NCBI GenBank assembly: GCA_051294905.1
Contig: CM119384.1
Coordinates: 15,190,001 to 15,254,000 of the forward strand
DNA length: 64,000 nucleotides
Direction of reading: 5' to 3'
DNA from: Botryllus schlosseri
Lineage: Eukaryota
Shown: in pieces, positions 1 to 12,607 of the stretch
How the letters are laid out: each line of letters begins with the position of its first letter
How positions within the stretch are numbered: position 1 is the first letter of the stretch
Notes under the pieces: generated by a model
The model's database searches: none
The model's input: only the letters and a program-made list of their open reading frames with translations
What the model was told of the DNA's origin: nothing
Program-made: the position numbers and the translations under genes

Positions 1-361
1 AATTCGATAACCATGATATCCTCTACCTACAGATACTAGTTATTTAGATGTCTAATAGACCAATGTAAACCTACATGCTTGCTTACAGCAACTACCTTAA
101 TACGGAGAATACTATCTGCATATCACGTTTGAACTGGAGCGAATGTAATTCAGTCAACACAGAAAATACAACAAAACAACACTTTTCTTGCGCAGCAACT
201 TCTACAAGACTTCTCGCCCCGCCATCCCACGCGCACCTGCCGCACCTCGCTGCCCTGTTAGCAACAACGACTAAATCACCGTCTGTACTACTAGATCCAT
301 ATCCGCCGAACGAGAATCAATCTCTGAACAACAGTTGCGCGCAAAATAGAGAGACGCTTAC

Positions 362-420
362 GAGAGTGACTGGCCGCGCGTTTCCACACAGCCCATCAAA
401 TTAACCGGCTGTCCGCTGTC
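362..420 (-). CDS. candidate small exon DSGQPVNLMGCVETRGQSLS
   Basis: Acceptor aatttctcag|, donor TC|GTAAGC; in frame with the 901 donor; internal ATG at 396 gives MGCV... Confidence 0.35.
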
Positions 421-509
421 CTGAGAAATTCATTTTTCGCTAACCGCCGTAATCCTCTGCGACGGCCGTATTAATCCGTCGCTGTACATTTGCGCATATC
501 AAAGTCGCC

Positions 510-554
510 ACGGGTCGCCTACACCAGTGAACGGGTCGCCTACACCAGTGAACG
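510..554 (+). repeat. 21-bp tandem duplication
   Basis: ACGGGTCGCCTACACCAGTGA x2. Confidence 0.95.
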
Positions 555-900
555 AAACACTAACATATTGAGCCGGGATTACTGCTATTAATCCGTTCCA
601 GGCGGACGCCGTTGAATTACGGACTCGGGAAACAACCACCTATCGCGTTGTTAACATCTGACTACTAACCAGTGGGCCTACTTACAATGACAACTCAGAA
701 AACTAACCGTGACTAGCACCTTCGAAAAAGGAAGTTCTCAAACAGCGCTTTCTCTCTAATTACATACGTAACGTTGCATACAATGTCATACTAATTGATT
801 TCGCGAACAATACATTGACTTGATAAGCACTGCATTTTCTGAGATCATCACACTGCCATCTGACTTGTCGAAGTTCTCTACGCGACACGCACAAACTTAC

Positions 901-1053
901 GGGAACTTTAAATCTCTCTGAATTCTGACTGCTCGCTCCAAAGTCAAAACAATGCCTCTCCAATTCCGCAACGCTCCAAACGCGCGGCGAACACTCAGCC
1001 TGACTGTACCTCTTCGGATTAATGATTGTCATCATCATCCAAACGAATGGCAT
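901..1053 (-). CDS. candidate alternative first exon downstream of the GoLoco exon (MPFVWMMM...SERFKVP), phase-0 donor
   Basis: 51 open codons from ATG to donor CCC|GTAAGT; TATA-like TATAAAAA on the minus strand at 1174-1167. Confidence 0.5.
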
Positions 1054-1166
1054 TAGAGAACGACACCCGCCTGTGACTTGCGCTAAACTAAAATCACGTT
1101 TTCCGGTATCAGCTCCGCGGGCTGACGTCGAGCGGCGTATAAGCGCCGCGCGCGCTGGCTACCAAG

Positions 1167-1174
1167 TTTTTATA
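1167..1174 (-). promoter_or_regulatory. possible TATA box for the 1053 exon
   Basis: TATAAAAA ~115 nt upstream of the ATG within a CpG-rich patch. Confidence 0.3.
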
Positions 1175-1654
1175 AGCAGGATATGACGATGCATCGCGAT
1201 GCGCTAGCAGGAATGCGCGACTGAGCCCGAGAGAGACAGCAGGGCTTGCGCGGTGTCAGAACATTTTCCGCCAGCACGCTGTAAGACCATTTCGAAGAAA
1301 CGCCCGTTTCCGGCGCGAGATGAGGCAGCGTCCGAATGACGGTATCGCGAATAAACGAAGACGTCGGGTGACTGTGCGGAAGGTTCACGGAACAAAGGCA
1401 AAAAAAGCGAGTACGGAGGAAAGTTACACGTCCGGCGGTAAATTATTTATTGATTGGGTGCATATGGCGCACGAGAGAGTTGAACTACATTCGGGGATAA
1501 CCGTCGGGCGAATCGATCCCACAGTTTTCGGCGGATACCTCGTATGGCACTGTCTCTGCGCGGAAAAAATACCCGCGTGTCGCAAGCGAGATAAAATGCA
1601 GACAGCGGCAAAAGATGCGATTCACAAAATATGAAAGGTAACATTTTATTTTAC

Positions 1655-1693
1655 CTGGGCTTTTTCCAGCATGGCAAATAGATCGTCGTGTCC
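1655..1693 (-). CDS. RAP1GAP: 39-bp exon encoding the first half of a GoLoco/GPR motif (GHDDLFAMLEKAQ)
   Basis: Strong acceptor tttgtgtcttcctatttcag|, donor CAG|GTAAAA, phase 0-0 matching the 2268 donor; D-L-F-x-M-L-E-K-x-Q pattern; internal GCCATG. Confidence 0.75.
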
Positions 1694-1879
1694 CTGAAAT
1701 AGGAAGACACAAATTAGTCAACGCATATGCAACGCGTGTTTGGTGGGTAAGTCGTTTCGACATATGCGGTCACCAATGCACGTTACAGCACAGTACAAGT
1801 GTAATTAGGCGTGCAGCGTTTTTTTACGCAACCAAACAATTCAATCAATGAAGAAGTGAAATTAGGGGACATAAATATT

Positions 1880-2045
1880 TATATTGAAATAAACCCGAAT
1901 ATTTTCGGCCGACAGGGGTAATCGGGTGCATTTCAATATGGGTTGATTAGGAATAGGAATAAGACGTTTTACATGATCGTATGTATACTGAAGTTCAATA
2001 CATCGAAGAGTATCTTCTAACATAATATCGTATATTTTCGTCATG
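1880..2045 (-). mobile_element. Penelope-like remnant with a core-deleted hammerhead (1893-1923)
   Basis: ACCC-CTG[7-nt deletion]TCGGCC-GAAA-ATAT-TC-GGGT; upstream sequence resembles 60712-60813; the tail is also present inverted at 1924-1940. Confidence 0.55.
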
Positions 2046-2267
2046 TTTACAGCACACACAAGACAAGAGCAAGATCAAGTTTTCTTATTTTCGTCGTGAT
2101 TTGCATGCGTGGGAATTAGTAGGGCATAAGAAACGTCGAAAACCTCAATTCTCAACCGGATAGTATCAGTGACGCCAAGCAATAAACAGCATTACAGCCG
2201 CGAAACGGTCAATCTATTATTCACAGATTCGCGATAAGAGAAACACACGCACTGCAGTTGAACCCAC

Positions 2268-2355
2268 CTGGAAGCTGTCGATGGACTGCATTTTTCCGGA
2301 CATACCGTCGGACTGCGTGCACGGCTCGCAACTCAAACCGCCCTCTGCGTCCCTC
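2268..2355 (-). CDS. common exon completing the LIM domain (RDAEGGLSCEPCTQSDGMSGKMQSIDSFQ)
   Basis: Acceptor ttccttaccgcag|, donor CAG|GTGGGT, phase 2 to 0; gives the terminal C-x2-C 18 residues after the previous Cys, as the LIM consensus requires. Confidence 0.88.
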
Positions 2356-3063
2356 CTGCGGTAAGGAATTCAACGTTCAGATACAACGATCATACGCCAG
2401 TCAGTCACGTGACTCATGACACCACCGAAATAAAGAAGGATCGAATTCAAGGCAGGCGCTACAGGCAAATCCGTGTCGACTTTCATATGTGCATTTCGAA
2501 GCGTAGCTATGAAACGCTGTGCGTTATGATTGCCGCTAGCGCGCACATAGCAATCTGTCTATGATATTTTCGAACGAATAGAATATTATGTCTTTAACTA
2601 ATTAGTAATCATAGCGTTTTGCCACTGCCGCAATCTGGAATCCCACTGTTCAGAGTTATTCCAGTTTTTGCACCCTTGGTGCAGTACCCGACTTCCGTGG
2701 CTCATGATATCAGAAACGGCGCATGTTCACCTAGCGTGAACTGGCGTAAGTGCGTTCGACTATAGATAACTAGTTATAAATAGTTATCTATAGTTCGACA
2801 TATGACCTCACACAATAACAATCACAGTATCAGCGACGTGAAAATTCGACGTTATTAAGATCGAGCCCTGTCACGTCAGACTGGGGTGGATGAGACGTGA
2901 AGAGACCCGGTTCGAGTACTTAGTCGTATGGCATTTCGACGTCTTCCAATCTGTTCATTACACCGCATTGTGTGTACCATCATCTAACGCATATAATAGA
3001 ATCGCTGATTATTAGTATTATTTTTATTTGCATTTGCTGATAACGACTGATAGCGCCCGTTGC

Positions 3064-3124
3064 GACATCCTCCTTATCTGTTCATTACATCGCATTGTGT
3101 CTGCGTATGGAACTGTACATTGTG
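3064..3124. repeat. short dispersed repeat (also 2949-2973; inverted at 51404-51464)
   Basis: Shared ATCTGTTCATTACAYCGCATTGTGT core. Confidence 0.7.
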
Positions 3125-3335
3125 TTTTCAGCGGATAAATAATAGAACCCGCTGATGATGATTATCGGTATTCGTTGATAACGGCATTTGCAGATATTCC
3201 GCACACAGCTTAATAGATAACCGTTAACATAATTCCACAATGACACCGATAACGACCAGTGATAATACGCATAATTCATAACCACCACCACCAAAAAATC
3301 TCTCTATACTCCAGCCGCGCGCAGCAATCCGTTAC

Positions 3336-3779
3336 CTCCCATTCTGCGCCGCAAGCGCGGACGCGAAAGCCGCAGCGGCCGCGGCTTTTTCCGCCTTCCC
3401 CTTCGGTACCGAGTGCTTCTGCAGAGACCCGATAAAACGGGTTGATATCTTGATCGACCGCTTCACCGGCATGTCGCCTTCTTCGCTGACCAAGTCCTCC
3501 GCGCTGTCCTGTTGTTTCAAAAGCTCCGGAGACGACTCGCTGGCCGACACCGCGCACCTGCGCCTGCCCAGTCGCGCGGCAGGCGGCGGGTTCGAGTCTG
3601 TGCCTATGAAACTTTTCACGCGCCGCGCCGCCGATGTGCTGGCCACACGTTTCAGCACTTGGGGCGGTTTTGAGTCCTCGTGACTGGAATGGCTCCGCTG
3701 CAAAATCTGCCGGTATCGGGCATACTTCTCCAGGGACGGGTACCAGATGATCCTACTACTTCTCGTGTCCTCGCTGACA
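3336..3779 (-). CDS. 444-bp phase 2-2 cassette exon (VSEDTRSSRIIWYPSLEKY...AAAAAFASALAAQNGR)
   Basis: Acceptor gctacag| after a pyrimidine run, donor AG|GTAACG; frame open throughout (extends track ORF 3332..3703); 5' boundary less certain. Confidence 0.65.
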
Positions 3780-6700
3780 CTGTAGCGTAGTACGGTAATG
3801 CGCAGGGTTCCAAAGTAGCAAAATAAAGAGACACCGCGTTAGCGGGAGAAGATCCAAAAACGGCGACTCCCAACAACAACGCTAGCGACCTTAAAGCTCG
3901 TGAAAACGGCGCAGCGAATATACTCAATTAGTTTTTGCCGTTTCCGAACGAAAAACTAGCTCACATCACAAATACGCGTCTTTTGTGACGAACAAAAACC
4001 AGTCCCGACTGTACCGTCGCACACGCAAAACTATATTTGCGGACAGTAATCTTGCCGCGAGAACTCTTTTTATTCGATACGATTCATCGTTTACTGCCCG
4101 TCACGAATTCGTTAGGTTACAGAACGCGACCACCTGCTATGCCATGTCGTTTATAGGGGCGTGCACAATGATTCGGGTACTCTAATACGAATCAAGTATG
4201 CATTGTCATGATTCGAGTCGCGTAGTGGGAGTCTGTTTTCGAGTACTGACATTGTATGCCCCTTTCCACGAATAATTATATTCTTATTGTCGATGAGACT
4301 TATAGTCTTAATGCTTTTTTCCACCGTGGAATTCTTGAAACCTCGATTGGTCGCATCACAACATTAAAAATACCTAAACCTGGTGACTAGATTGTGATAT
4401 CAGTCCCGGTAATAAGATCGCTCTCTCTTCGATCACAGCTTTTCAAAAAGCCGATTCAGCACGCAGCATTCGTCAGATCAGCGATAAGATAACCGCAGGA
4501 CGCAAACTCCGTCGACTAATCGCTGCTACTAATTTGGCATTATCAATTATCTCGATTAAGCGTGACAGAGCAGGATACAAAAGTCAGCGTTTGCTATTAA
4601 CGCTTCTCAGAACACGACGTCGAGTATGCAAATTAGCTAGCAACCGACAGCAAATTAGCAGCTGCAACGGGGTCACCTCCTACCAAAACAGCCACAAACG
4701 AAATTTAACCAAAAGTAAGTCTCCAACATCTAGCTACACCATCGGATACCCGCAAATGAATGCAGAACAAAAAGTTAATGATTTCCGATCCGCGAAGTTA
4801 ATCCAAAACGCCATGCAATCATTATGCTCCATACGATAAGCGCATCAAACGTGTTATCACAAAATCGATCACCAACGATTCATATCGCCTTAAAACCGTG
4901 GTAATGCAATTGCAGGCAATAAATGACTGCAAATCTCGCATACTCAACATGGAATAATGGTCCATCTCCTCACAGCACCAACCAAATTATCAAAACGACT
5001 CCGCACCTTAATAAAATCCGCGTTTATGCAAATTACAATATAATGTTCCGAACGATTACACACGACCTACTAAGTTCTCGCCCGAAATTATCGACCGCCG
5101 GTGAAAATAACTTCTGGTCCTACTGCTCGCGCGTGCTCGGGTCAAGGAAATCACGTTTCATTTCCTGGTTTCACGCCAAAATAGTTACAACGATCAGTTT
5201 TCGGGAAGTATGGGGGCAGTAATGCATCCTCACCTGCCGGGTGAAAATAACAACTATGCGCTGATATTATCGACAAATGAATTATTAAAGTCCCCAGCAG
5301 TAGTATAGATATTAATTTGGTAATGATCGAAGCGTTCGCGGGCCACATATCACCGTCAACGGGCCCCACAGCAATAACAACACTATCGATTCAATTTTGC
5401 GTCACTCCATGTATAACGACATAAGTTAATATAAGACTCCGGATGCATCATTATGACATACATCTCTCAGTAGGTTTCCACTACACGCACGACGCTTTTT
5501 GCGACATAGCCAGCGTATAAATTAGATTTTCGGGCGTGCGATGCCAAATAATTGATTAATTATTCATTTCCGCGAGCACGCCCGAGCAAAAAAGTGGTAT
5601 ATTCACGACAATATTATATCCTGGTTGAGTAATGTTTGCCGATTCGAGCGCATCGGTAATAATGACATATTATCCAGGGAGAGGTATAGGCGACATATTC
5701 AATTGGCATTAGCACGTTCTGTTAACGCGGTAAACATTGAGAGCAAAGACAACAAAGAACTTGTACCAACAAATGATATTAAGGCAAACACTACAATAAG
5801 AATAAGCATATTTCTGGTCCTTGTGTCGAGATAATGAAATATGACATGCCGACTACACCCAACGGTCCAACGAGATACTAGGTTCAAATCGTCAATTTTC
5901 CAACATTACAGTCCAAAATAAAATCACATTCAGAAGTTGGTCTGATATATTCATGACGCCATAACAGTCCCACAAAGAAGTCATCGTTAAAATCCCGCAT
6001 TATTCAAAAAGTCCGGATTTCATAATCATAAACAACGGCACTACTATCGCAGCACCAACCTATTATACAAGCAAATTGAACTGGAAATTTGGTGGTATAG
6101 ATAAAATATATTTTCCTGACTCTCGGGCCCTGTCAGATATGGATAGAATATCGACACAGCAGCGAATTTTTGTTAACTAGCTGGGTATAGCGTGTCACTA
6201 CAATTCCTACTTTGAATTCGGAGTATGGAGACCCCAGATATTTTTGCTGATACCATGAGAACTTGAAACACTCATCGTACATAATCTGATATCTGCCATT
6301 GACGAGCGAGGTACCTTGCACTTAGAGCTAAAATTATCCACTTATCCACTCCAGATCGACATAATGCCCGCGTAACGCTTCTACGCAAAACACAACAAGC
6401 CTAAATATTGTAAACTCCATATCAACAAAAATTCCAACACCGCTGCTCCTCCCTTACGATAGCTGACCCATGTATGTATGTAGGAGTAGGTACAATGTAT
6501 AGAACACAACCTCGCACCAACGCGCTCCTTGGGCGGTTGCTAACTCCAGGCAGCTGCGGTGCGACAGAGATCTCCCATGAGGCGTACGTAAACAACCTAG
6601 GCTCGACGCGTAAATTTAAGCTAACACGACCATCGCGCCAAGACGTGAGCGCTGTTATCAAGACAAAAAGTTAATAGTTAACAGCTCAGTGTCGAATATC

Positions 6701-9700
6701 GCAACTCCACAGCCATAATTTGGAACCGCTCAACTATCGCTTGGGTTCAAGCGGCGATAACCTATATTACGCATCCAAACGGGAATTCCAGCTCGCAATC
6801 GATAACCGCACGGCTGGAATGCCGGTAGCAAGCACTCCTAATGCGCCATATGGGATACTTTCCACGCTTTAGCTACGGCAAACCAACGCTAAATCCCCAA
6901 TTCCGCAAGAACAGCACGTCCGAAACACCCATCACATTCGTCAGGATTAGGTAGCGTTACCATAATACACACGAATAGGACAACAATGACTCAAGTGTTC
7001 TGACACAATGGCATTCAAATTTCAGAGCGGAGGTGCATTGCACACATTCATTACTAATTGTACTGGGGTTATAACGTGACTTGCCCCCTCCCCAACGTTG
7101 ATTCCAATCGAAATTGAGGTTCAGGTACGTGGCGCAGTGATCAATGTTTTTCACTAGCGTGTACAGCGTGAACACTGAACATACGAAAATGCAAAGAAGC
7201 ACCCCGGATTGAACCTAGTAGAGTCATGGCCTGACCGAAAGACACAGGGCAACAGTCAACACGGCCCATTCCACGAACGCATATTTCATAACCAGGTAAG
7301 TATGATGTTTGGTTCCTCAACGTCCACTTCTTTCAATATGGGTAGTGACAATCGTGATCTATGACTTGCAGTGTGTTTACGGATATTTTTATGATTAACG
7401 CTATACACTGCTCGAGTTATGTAACCTTCTCCCACACAACTACTCCAATGAAGATGTCGAGAAACGCAGGTAAATGCTCACAACACACCATATCGCGGGG
7501 GTTATTACAGCTAATTCGGCGTGTAACACCAAGATGTTATTCATAATTCATGACTGCTACTGTCTACTAGCAAGATAGCACACTGACATTAATCACCTAA
7601 TGAGTAATTTTAGCGTATGAGTTCATTAAAGGCGTCCCTTACATGGTTCGTCACTATAGTGATTAGCGCAGCACTTGAAGAAGACCAATTGAGAAAGTAA
7701 CTGTAGTTTGTTAAGATGACCCAATCGATCCTATCTATACAGACAGAGTGCGCGCGGCTCAGTGAAGCCAGGCCGTGTACTTCGCGTTTAATTGGGTACC
7801 CGCAAAGAGAACAGTAGGCCATTGTGAGCAATCCTATTTCAAAATCATGATACGCAAAAAAAGCTAATCAAACCCTACGGACAAACCACATCGCTGGCAG
7901 ATCATGTAATGTTCTGGTGCAGGTACCCGTTAGTAATGGGGGAATACTACATGACGAAGTTAACCATGATCAACCAAGCCAGAGGCTAGAGGCGAACAAT
8001 CGAGAACCATTTTATATTTCTGTGTTTAATGTTCTACCTCAGAAGACATTTCTCCATGATACAGCCATCTAGCTGTCACCTAGTTTAAGCGGTGGCGGTG
8101 AAAACTTTATTCAGGTCACGAGATGACGTCATGTTCTATTACAAAGCGCGAAAATCACTTTTACACCTCGTAATCCACCTCTGTTTTGTTATTAGTCAAT
8201 CGCAGCCGCGTAAAAATAGATGAGATTAGGATTGTTGACTAAATTTCACAGAAAGTACCTACAACATACAGGTGGCTCTTATGTATGACGCGGCGCATCT
8301 CAAGAATTTCCTTATAAGGAATCCGTAAATCTTGGTCGAGACAGGGTTACCAATACCATAATATCTATTATCTACGGTTTGGATTCGTAATTTCGAGATC
8401 CCTCGGCATAGTTAGCATTATTCAATTCTTGTGTCTTCATATGCATATTACGTAACATCCCTTCATCTTATTGTCCACTGCCGTGATTACACACTACAGT
8501 TTTTAATAATCGCACGGGATCGACACATCAAGAATATTGCGATCGTAATTCCCACATTATCCCGGCACGTCAGGAATTAGCTTCGCAGATGCAGGCGCAC
8601 AATACCGATAAGGATATGCGTCACTTGTTCTACGACTTTACAAAGGGGCAATTGCGGACAATAATTTTTATTTGACCCTAGAGAAACATAAGGTGTCGTA
8701 ATCACTGTCGATTCGTAGTGAAAGCTTATGAAACGAAACGTGCAAAATCCAAACGCGTTTCCGCATGACGTGAAAATTAATTTCGGTGAATAAATACGAG
8801 GCACCAACTCGCTAGGTGGCTAGCACGCGCGACTCCGAGATAAGCCAGCAGCTGGTAACTTACAATGTACTGTACAGTGCATAGGTCAGGCCAGATTTGT
8901 AGCAATGCCATTAGCGATTTTATACATATATTTATATTATGTTAAAATCCATTACGCATCGACCGTCCAAGGCATCAATGCCGGCAAATCGATAGTCTTT
9001 ATACAGATGTGAGAGCATAATTGAACCCAGCAAATATATTTTGTGCGCATTCAACCGAGTATAATTCGTAATTCGTCTAGGGATGATGGATAAAGAATAC
9101 CGCAGAGTCAAACGAAGCACAATATCTACGTATGTAAAACATAGCATTAGCCTCATTACAGATCGCGTCGCACAAGCGTATCAATTGGCCGGGCGCATAA
9201 GTACCATCAACATTTGCGGGCATCTAATCGGTATGTTTCAATGTTTTGCGAAAACAAAATTGGCAAATCGCGGTAAGTTTGTTTTTTGAAAATGCTGGAA
9301 ACCTACGACTCGGTTACAGAGCATTTACAAACATATCATGCCGAACGGCTGACGGCAGTAGACGCGCTGCTTTGCAACAATCATAATTTTGAACACATCA
9401 AATGATCTCCGCGCAAAAAATTGATGCTAACAGGTATTAATCACCGCTTCCGTATAATTAAACGCAGTGACTCAACGTAAGTTGCGGTACTTTAAACGTA
9501 AGCGTAGCTAGACTTTAATCGCACGTTACGCGCACAGTTCGCCTCAAAATCCGCCCAAAACGAAGCCAGTTCGCTAACTCATTCATTAGTTACATCAAAC
9601 CAGACAGGGCATCTGCCAGTTCGCAGCGAACAATTGACTGGTCGATATCAAAGCGTTACTGCGCGTGCAACTGTTATGCATACTATGACGTAAATAAACT

Positions 9701-10146
9701 AATTCCTGTATCACTCCACGCAAAGGGAAGTTGAGTAAAGTACACTGCAGAATAGCCTACAATCATCAATCGGTATTCCCCAACGAATTTGAGGCATTAA
9801 CTGTAAAATGTTAATACCATACGAAATACCGTATATTAAACATCTTGTGGCATACAGCGAGAGCATTCGGACAATGTCCTATCGATTCGATAGGACCTCG
9901 TGACAACAATATGTAAATGCCTGATGGGTACAAGCTCTCGTGTCATTGGCATAGCTCTTGTGACAAACTGGGTTCCGAAGAACTATTGAACCGCAACGTC
10001 AGTAGTAACGCATACTAATTCAACAGGTACGGTATGATAAGAACCATCGTCGCGTGTTATATAACAAGATGCCGAGTGCAGAATTACGGCAGTTAACGGA
10101 AGAATTCGAATCTAAAATTTGCGCGGTTTTCACGAGACGTTAAGGT

Positions 10147-10194
10147 CGAGTAGGATTGTTGTATGAGTTGCGAGTAGGATTGTTGTATGAGTTG
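10147..10194 (+). repeat. 24-bp-period tandem duplication
   Basis: CGAGTAGGATTGTTGTATGAGTTG x2. Confidence 0.9.
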
Positions 10195-11008
10195 GTCATC
10201 GCAATTCCATCTGTACCTCCTATTCGTTATCGCCGGCAAGTAAGTTACGTCATCCTCGTCGGTGAGTCCAGTTGCAGAGGCCGGGCGTCGTTCAATTTCA
10301 CAATCCTCCATCGCAAAGTTCGTTAGCTACCAGACTCAATACTACAGTAGAGCACCTTGCTGAATGTTCAGAACAGAATGGCCACAGTAATATGAAGTCC
10401 GTCGATAACCTGCACTGACTTGCGACAACGCTATTTTCAAAGGCCGAAAGAAGTTCTACGCAATCGGCTTTCAAGACACACCAGTTAGCCCCCCGCCAGC
10501 CTCAGTTACACGAATAATTGCCTCATGATCCCCCAGACAAGTCTAGCGGTCGCGTAGCGCTCTTTTTCTCCCTGCAATCCGCGCTAAGTATTCTCCCAAT
10601 CGATGCATGTCAAATAGCCTATCAAAAATCCTTCTCGACTAATGCACCTGGCGTGTAGAGCGGGCAAAGAGGCCGGCTGACAAATACTCATGCGTAGTGC
10701 GGCGCGTGCAATACGCTCCGTGTTAAAGCGTAGAGGAAGTGTTGTCAAAGATAAACAGTTCCGTTTCATCGCAGAGGTAGGCGGGACTGCCACAAGAGTC
10801 ACGCTTGAATAATGATCCAACTCTCAACAGTCGGCACTTATCATACAATTGGTCGCTGGGCCAATAATAATTATTGACTATTCGCGTCGATACAAAGACC
10901 CTAACCGCCGATACAATATCCATAAAGGTGCAGCCTAATTCAAACCCACGGCGCTGCCAACATGTCACACACTCACGACCACAGGGGTGCCTTTATTTTG
11001 TACATGCA

Positions 11009-11655
11009 AGCTAATGAAAAGCTAATGCAGCTAATGAAAAGCTAATGCAGCTAATTAAGCTAATGAAAAGCTAATTAAGCTAATGAAAAGCTAATGAAAA
11101 GCTAATTAAGCTAATGAAAAGCTAATTAAGCTAATGAAAAAGTAAGCTATTGAAAAGTAAGCTAATGAAAAGCTAACTAAGCTAATGAAAAGCTAATTCA
11201 GCTAATGAAAAGCTAATTCAGCTAATGAAAAGCTAATTAAGCTAATGAAAAGCTAATGAAAAGCTAATTAAGCTAATGAAAAGCTAATTAAGCTAATGAA
11301 AAGCTAATTAAGCTAATGAAAAAGTAAGCTATTGAAAAGTAAGCTAATGAAAAGCTAATTCAGCTAATGAAAAGCTAATTCGGCTAATGAAAAGCTAATT
11401 AAGCTAATGAAAAGCTAATTAAGATAATGAAAAGCTAATTAAGCTAATTAAAAGCTAATTAAGCTAATGAAAAGCTAATTAAGCTAATGAAAAGCTAATT
11501 AAGATAATGAAAAGCTAATTAGGCTAATTAAAAGCTAATTAAGCTAATGAAAAAGTAAGCTAATGAAAAGTAAGCTAATGAAAAGCTAATGAAGCTAATG
11601 GAAAGCTAATGAAAAGAACGCTAATGAAAAGCTAATGAAGCTAAAAGCTAATGAC
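11009..11655 (+). repeat. tandem array in the left arm (GCTAATGAAAA / GCTAATTAA units)
   Basis: Directly visible; variant CTATTG recurs at a 182-bp spacing. Confidence 0.97.
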
Positions 11656-12253
11656 TCTAATAACTATGCTGTAGCACGGGGTCCTTTCGACCCACCTGGC
11701 GGGAGCAGACCTTTTAACGTGGCCCATGCATTTCAAAGGGGAGTTTGGACTTTGAAAATTTTCGAGCTCGCCTATACTTTAACGTGGGCGACATAACTGC
11801 CGCAACTTTGCCGCGTGTCGCCTACCCCAAAACACGCGGCGCTATGGCAAACCGGCTATTCTTGCTCGGATCGGTCCCAGATTTCGTGTGAGCCTAGTCG
11901 TGGGGGGTGTTTGGCCGATAATTTTTTTTTTAAGTTTCCGAAAATTTTTTCGGACTTCAATTTTTTTTCAATTTCGTTGCCATGTTAATTGTTAAAGGAT
12001 AGGGAAGTTGGAGTTGGTCGTTTTTTCGATAAAAAAAAATTTTTAATTTTTTTCTCGATTCTCACTTTTCTGGTATCGTTCGACGCAGCGGACGCAGTAC
12101 AGTAATCTACCGCTTAAGTACGCACCCGTTTGAGTTCGCATCCCAGATAAGTACGCAAAAATTCTTCACAATTGCTGGGTTCAGCTATTTCAACAGCAAG
12201 CACCATAACTGAATGTCAGGAAAACACTGCTTGAACATATCGTGCAAAGTCAT

Positions 12254-12607
12254 TTAATGCATATTTTGCATTCTTTGTTGCTTGACTTCCAATGTCACCT
12301 GTCTCAGTTTTCGCTGAATGCAATTAAATGTGCTTTTGAGGTTGTCATAAGCACCTCCTGCTTGATCTTGTAAGGCAGAACACAACAACTGATCCTCAAC
12401 TTCAAACACTTTATTATGAAGTCGTGCAAAGCCATGAAAAACGATGCTGTTTTCGACAGGTGCAGAATCGTTGCTTACGCTAGCCTCGTCGTCGGTGTCA
12501 TCATTTTTAGTCTGCATCGGCCAAGAATTCTTTTTTAATTTTCCAAAACTTTCGGCTTCGTCTCGTTGCGGCGCTTCCAACGAGGGGTCGAGCTTGGGGC
12601 TGGGCAT
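12254..12607 (-). CDS. 117-aa ORF confined to the foldback loop; unknown function
   Basis: ATG 12607 to TAA 12254; acidic stretch followed by a helical-looking C-terminal half; no recognised family. Confidence 0.4.
   Translation of the reverse strand: MPSPKLDPSLEAPQRDEAESFGKLKKNSWPMQTKNDDTDDEASVSNDSAPVENSIVFHGFARLHNKVFEVEDQLLCSALQDQAGGAYDNLKSTFNCIQRKLRQVTLEVKQQRMQNMH

Noticed and set aside
102-254. Open phase 2-2 frame (AARCGRCAWDGG...) after a ctaacag acceptor
   Set aside because: Weak donor and no similarity to the expected GoLoco second half
6133-6321. WYQQK-like immunoglobulin motif in a short ORF
   Set aside because: Isolated match with no Ig cysteine spacing or splice context
12185-12253. 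KQCFPDIQLWC as a MULE transposase FP...CxxH motif
   Set aside because: Spacing is off, there is no His, a stop follows, and it lies downstream of the loop ORF
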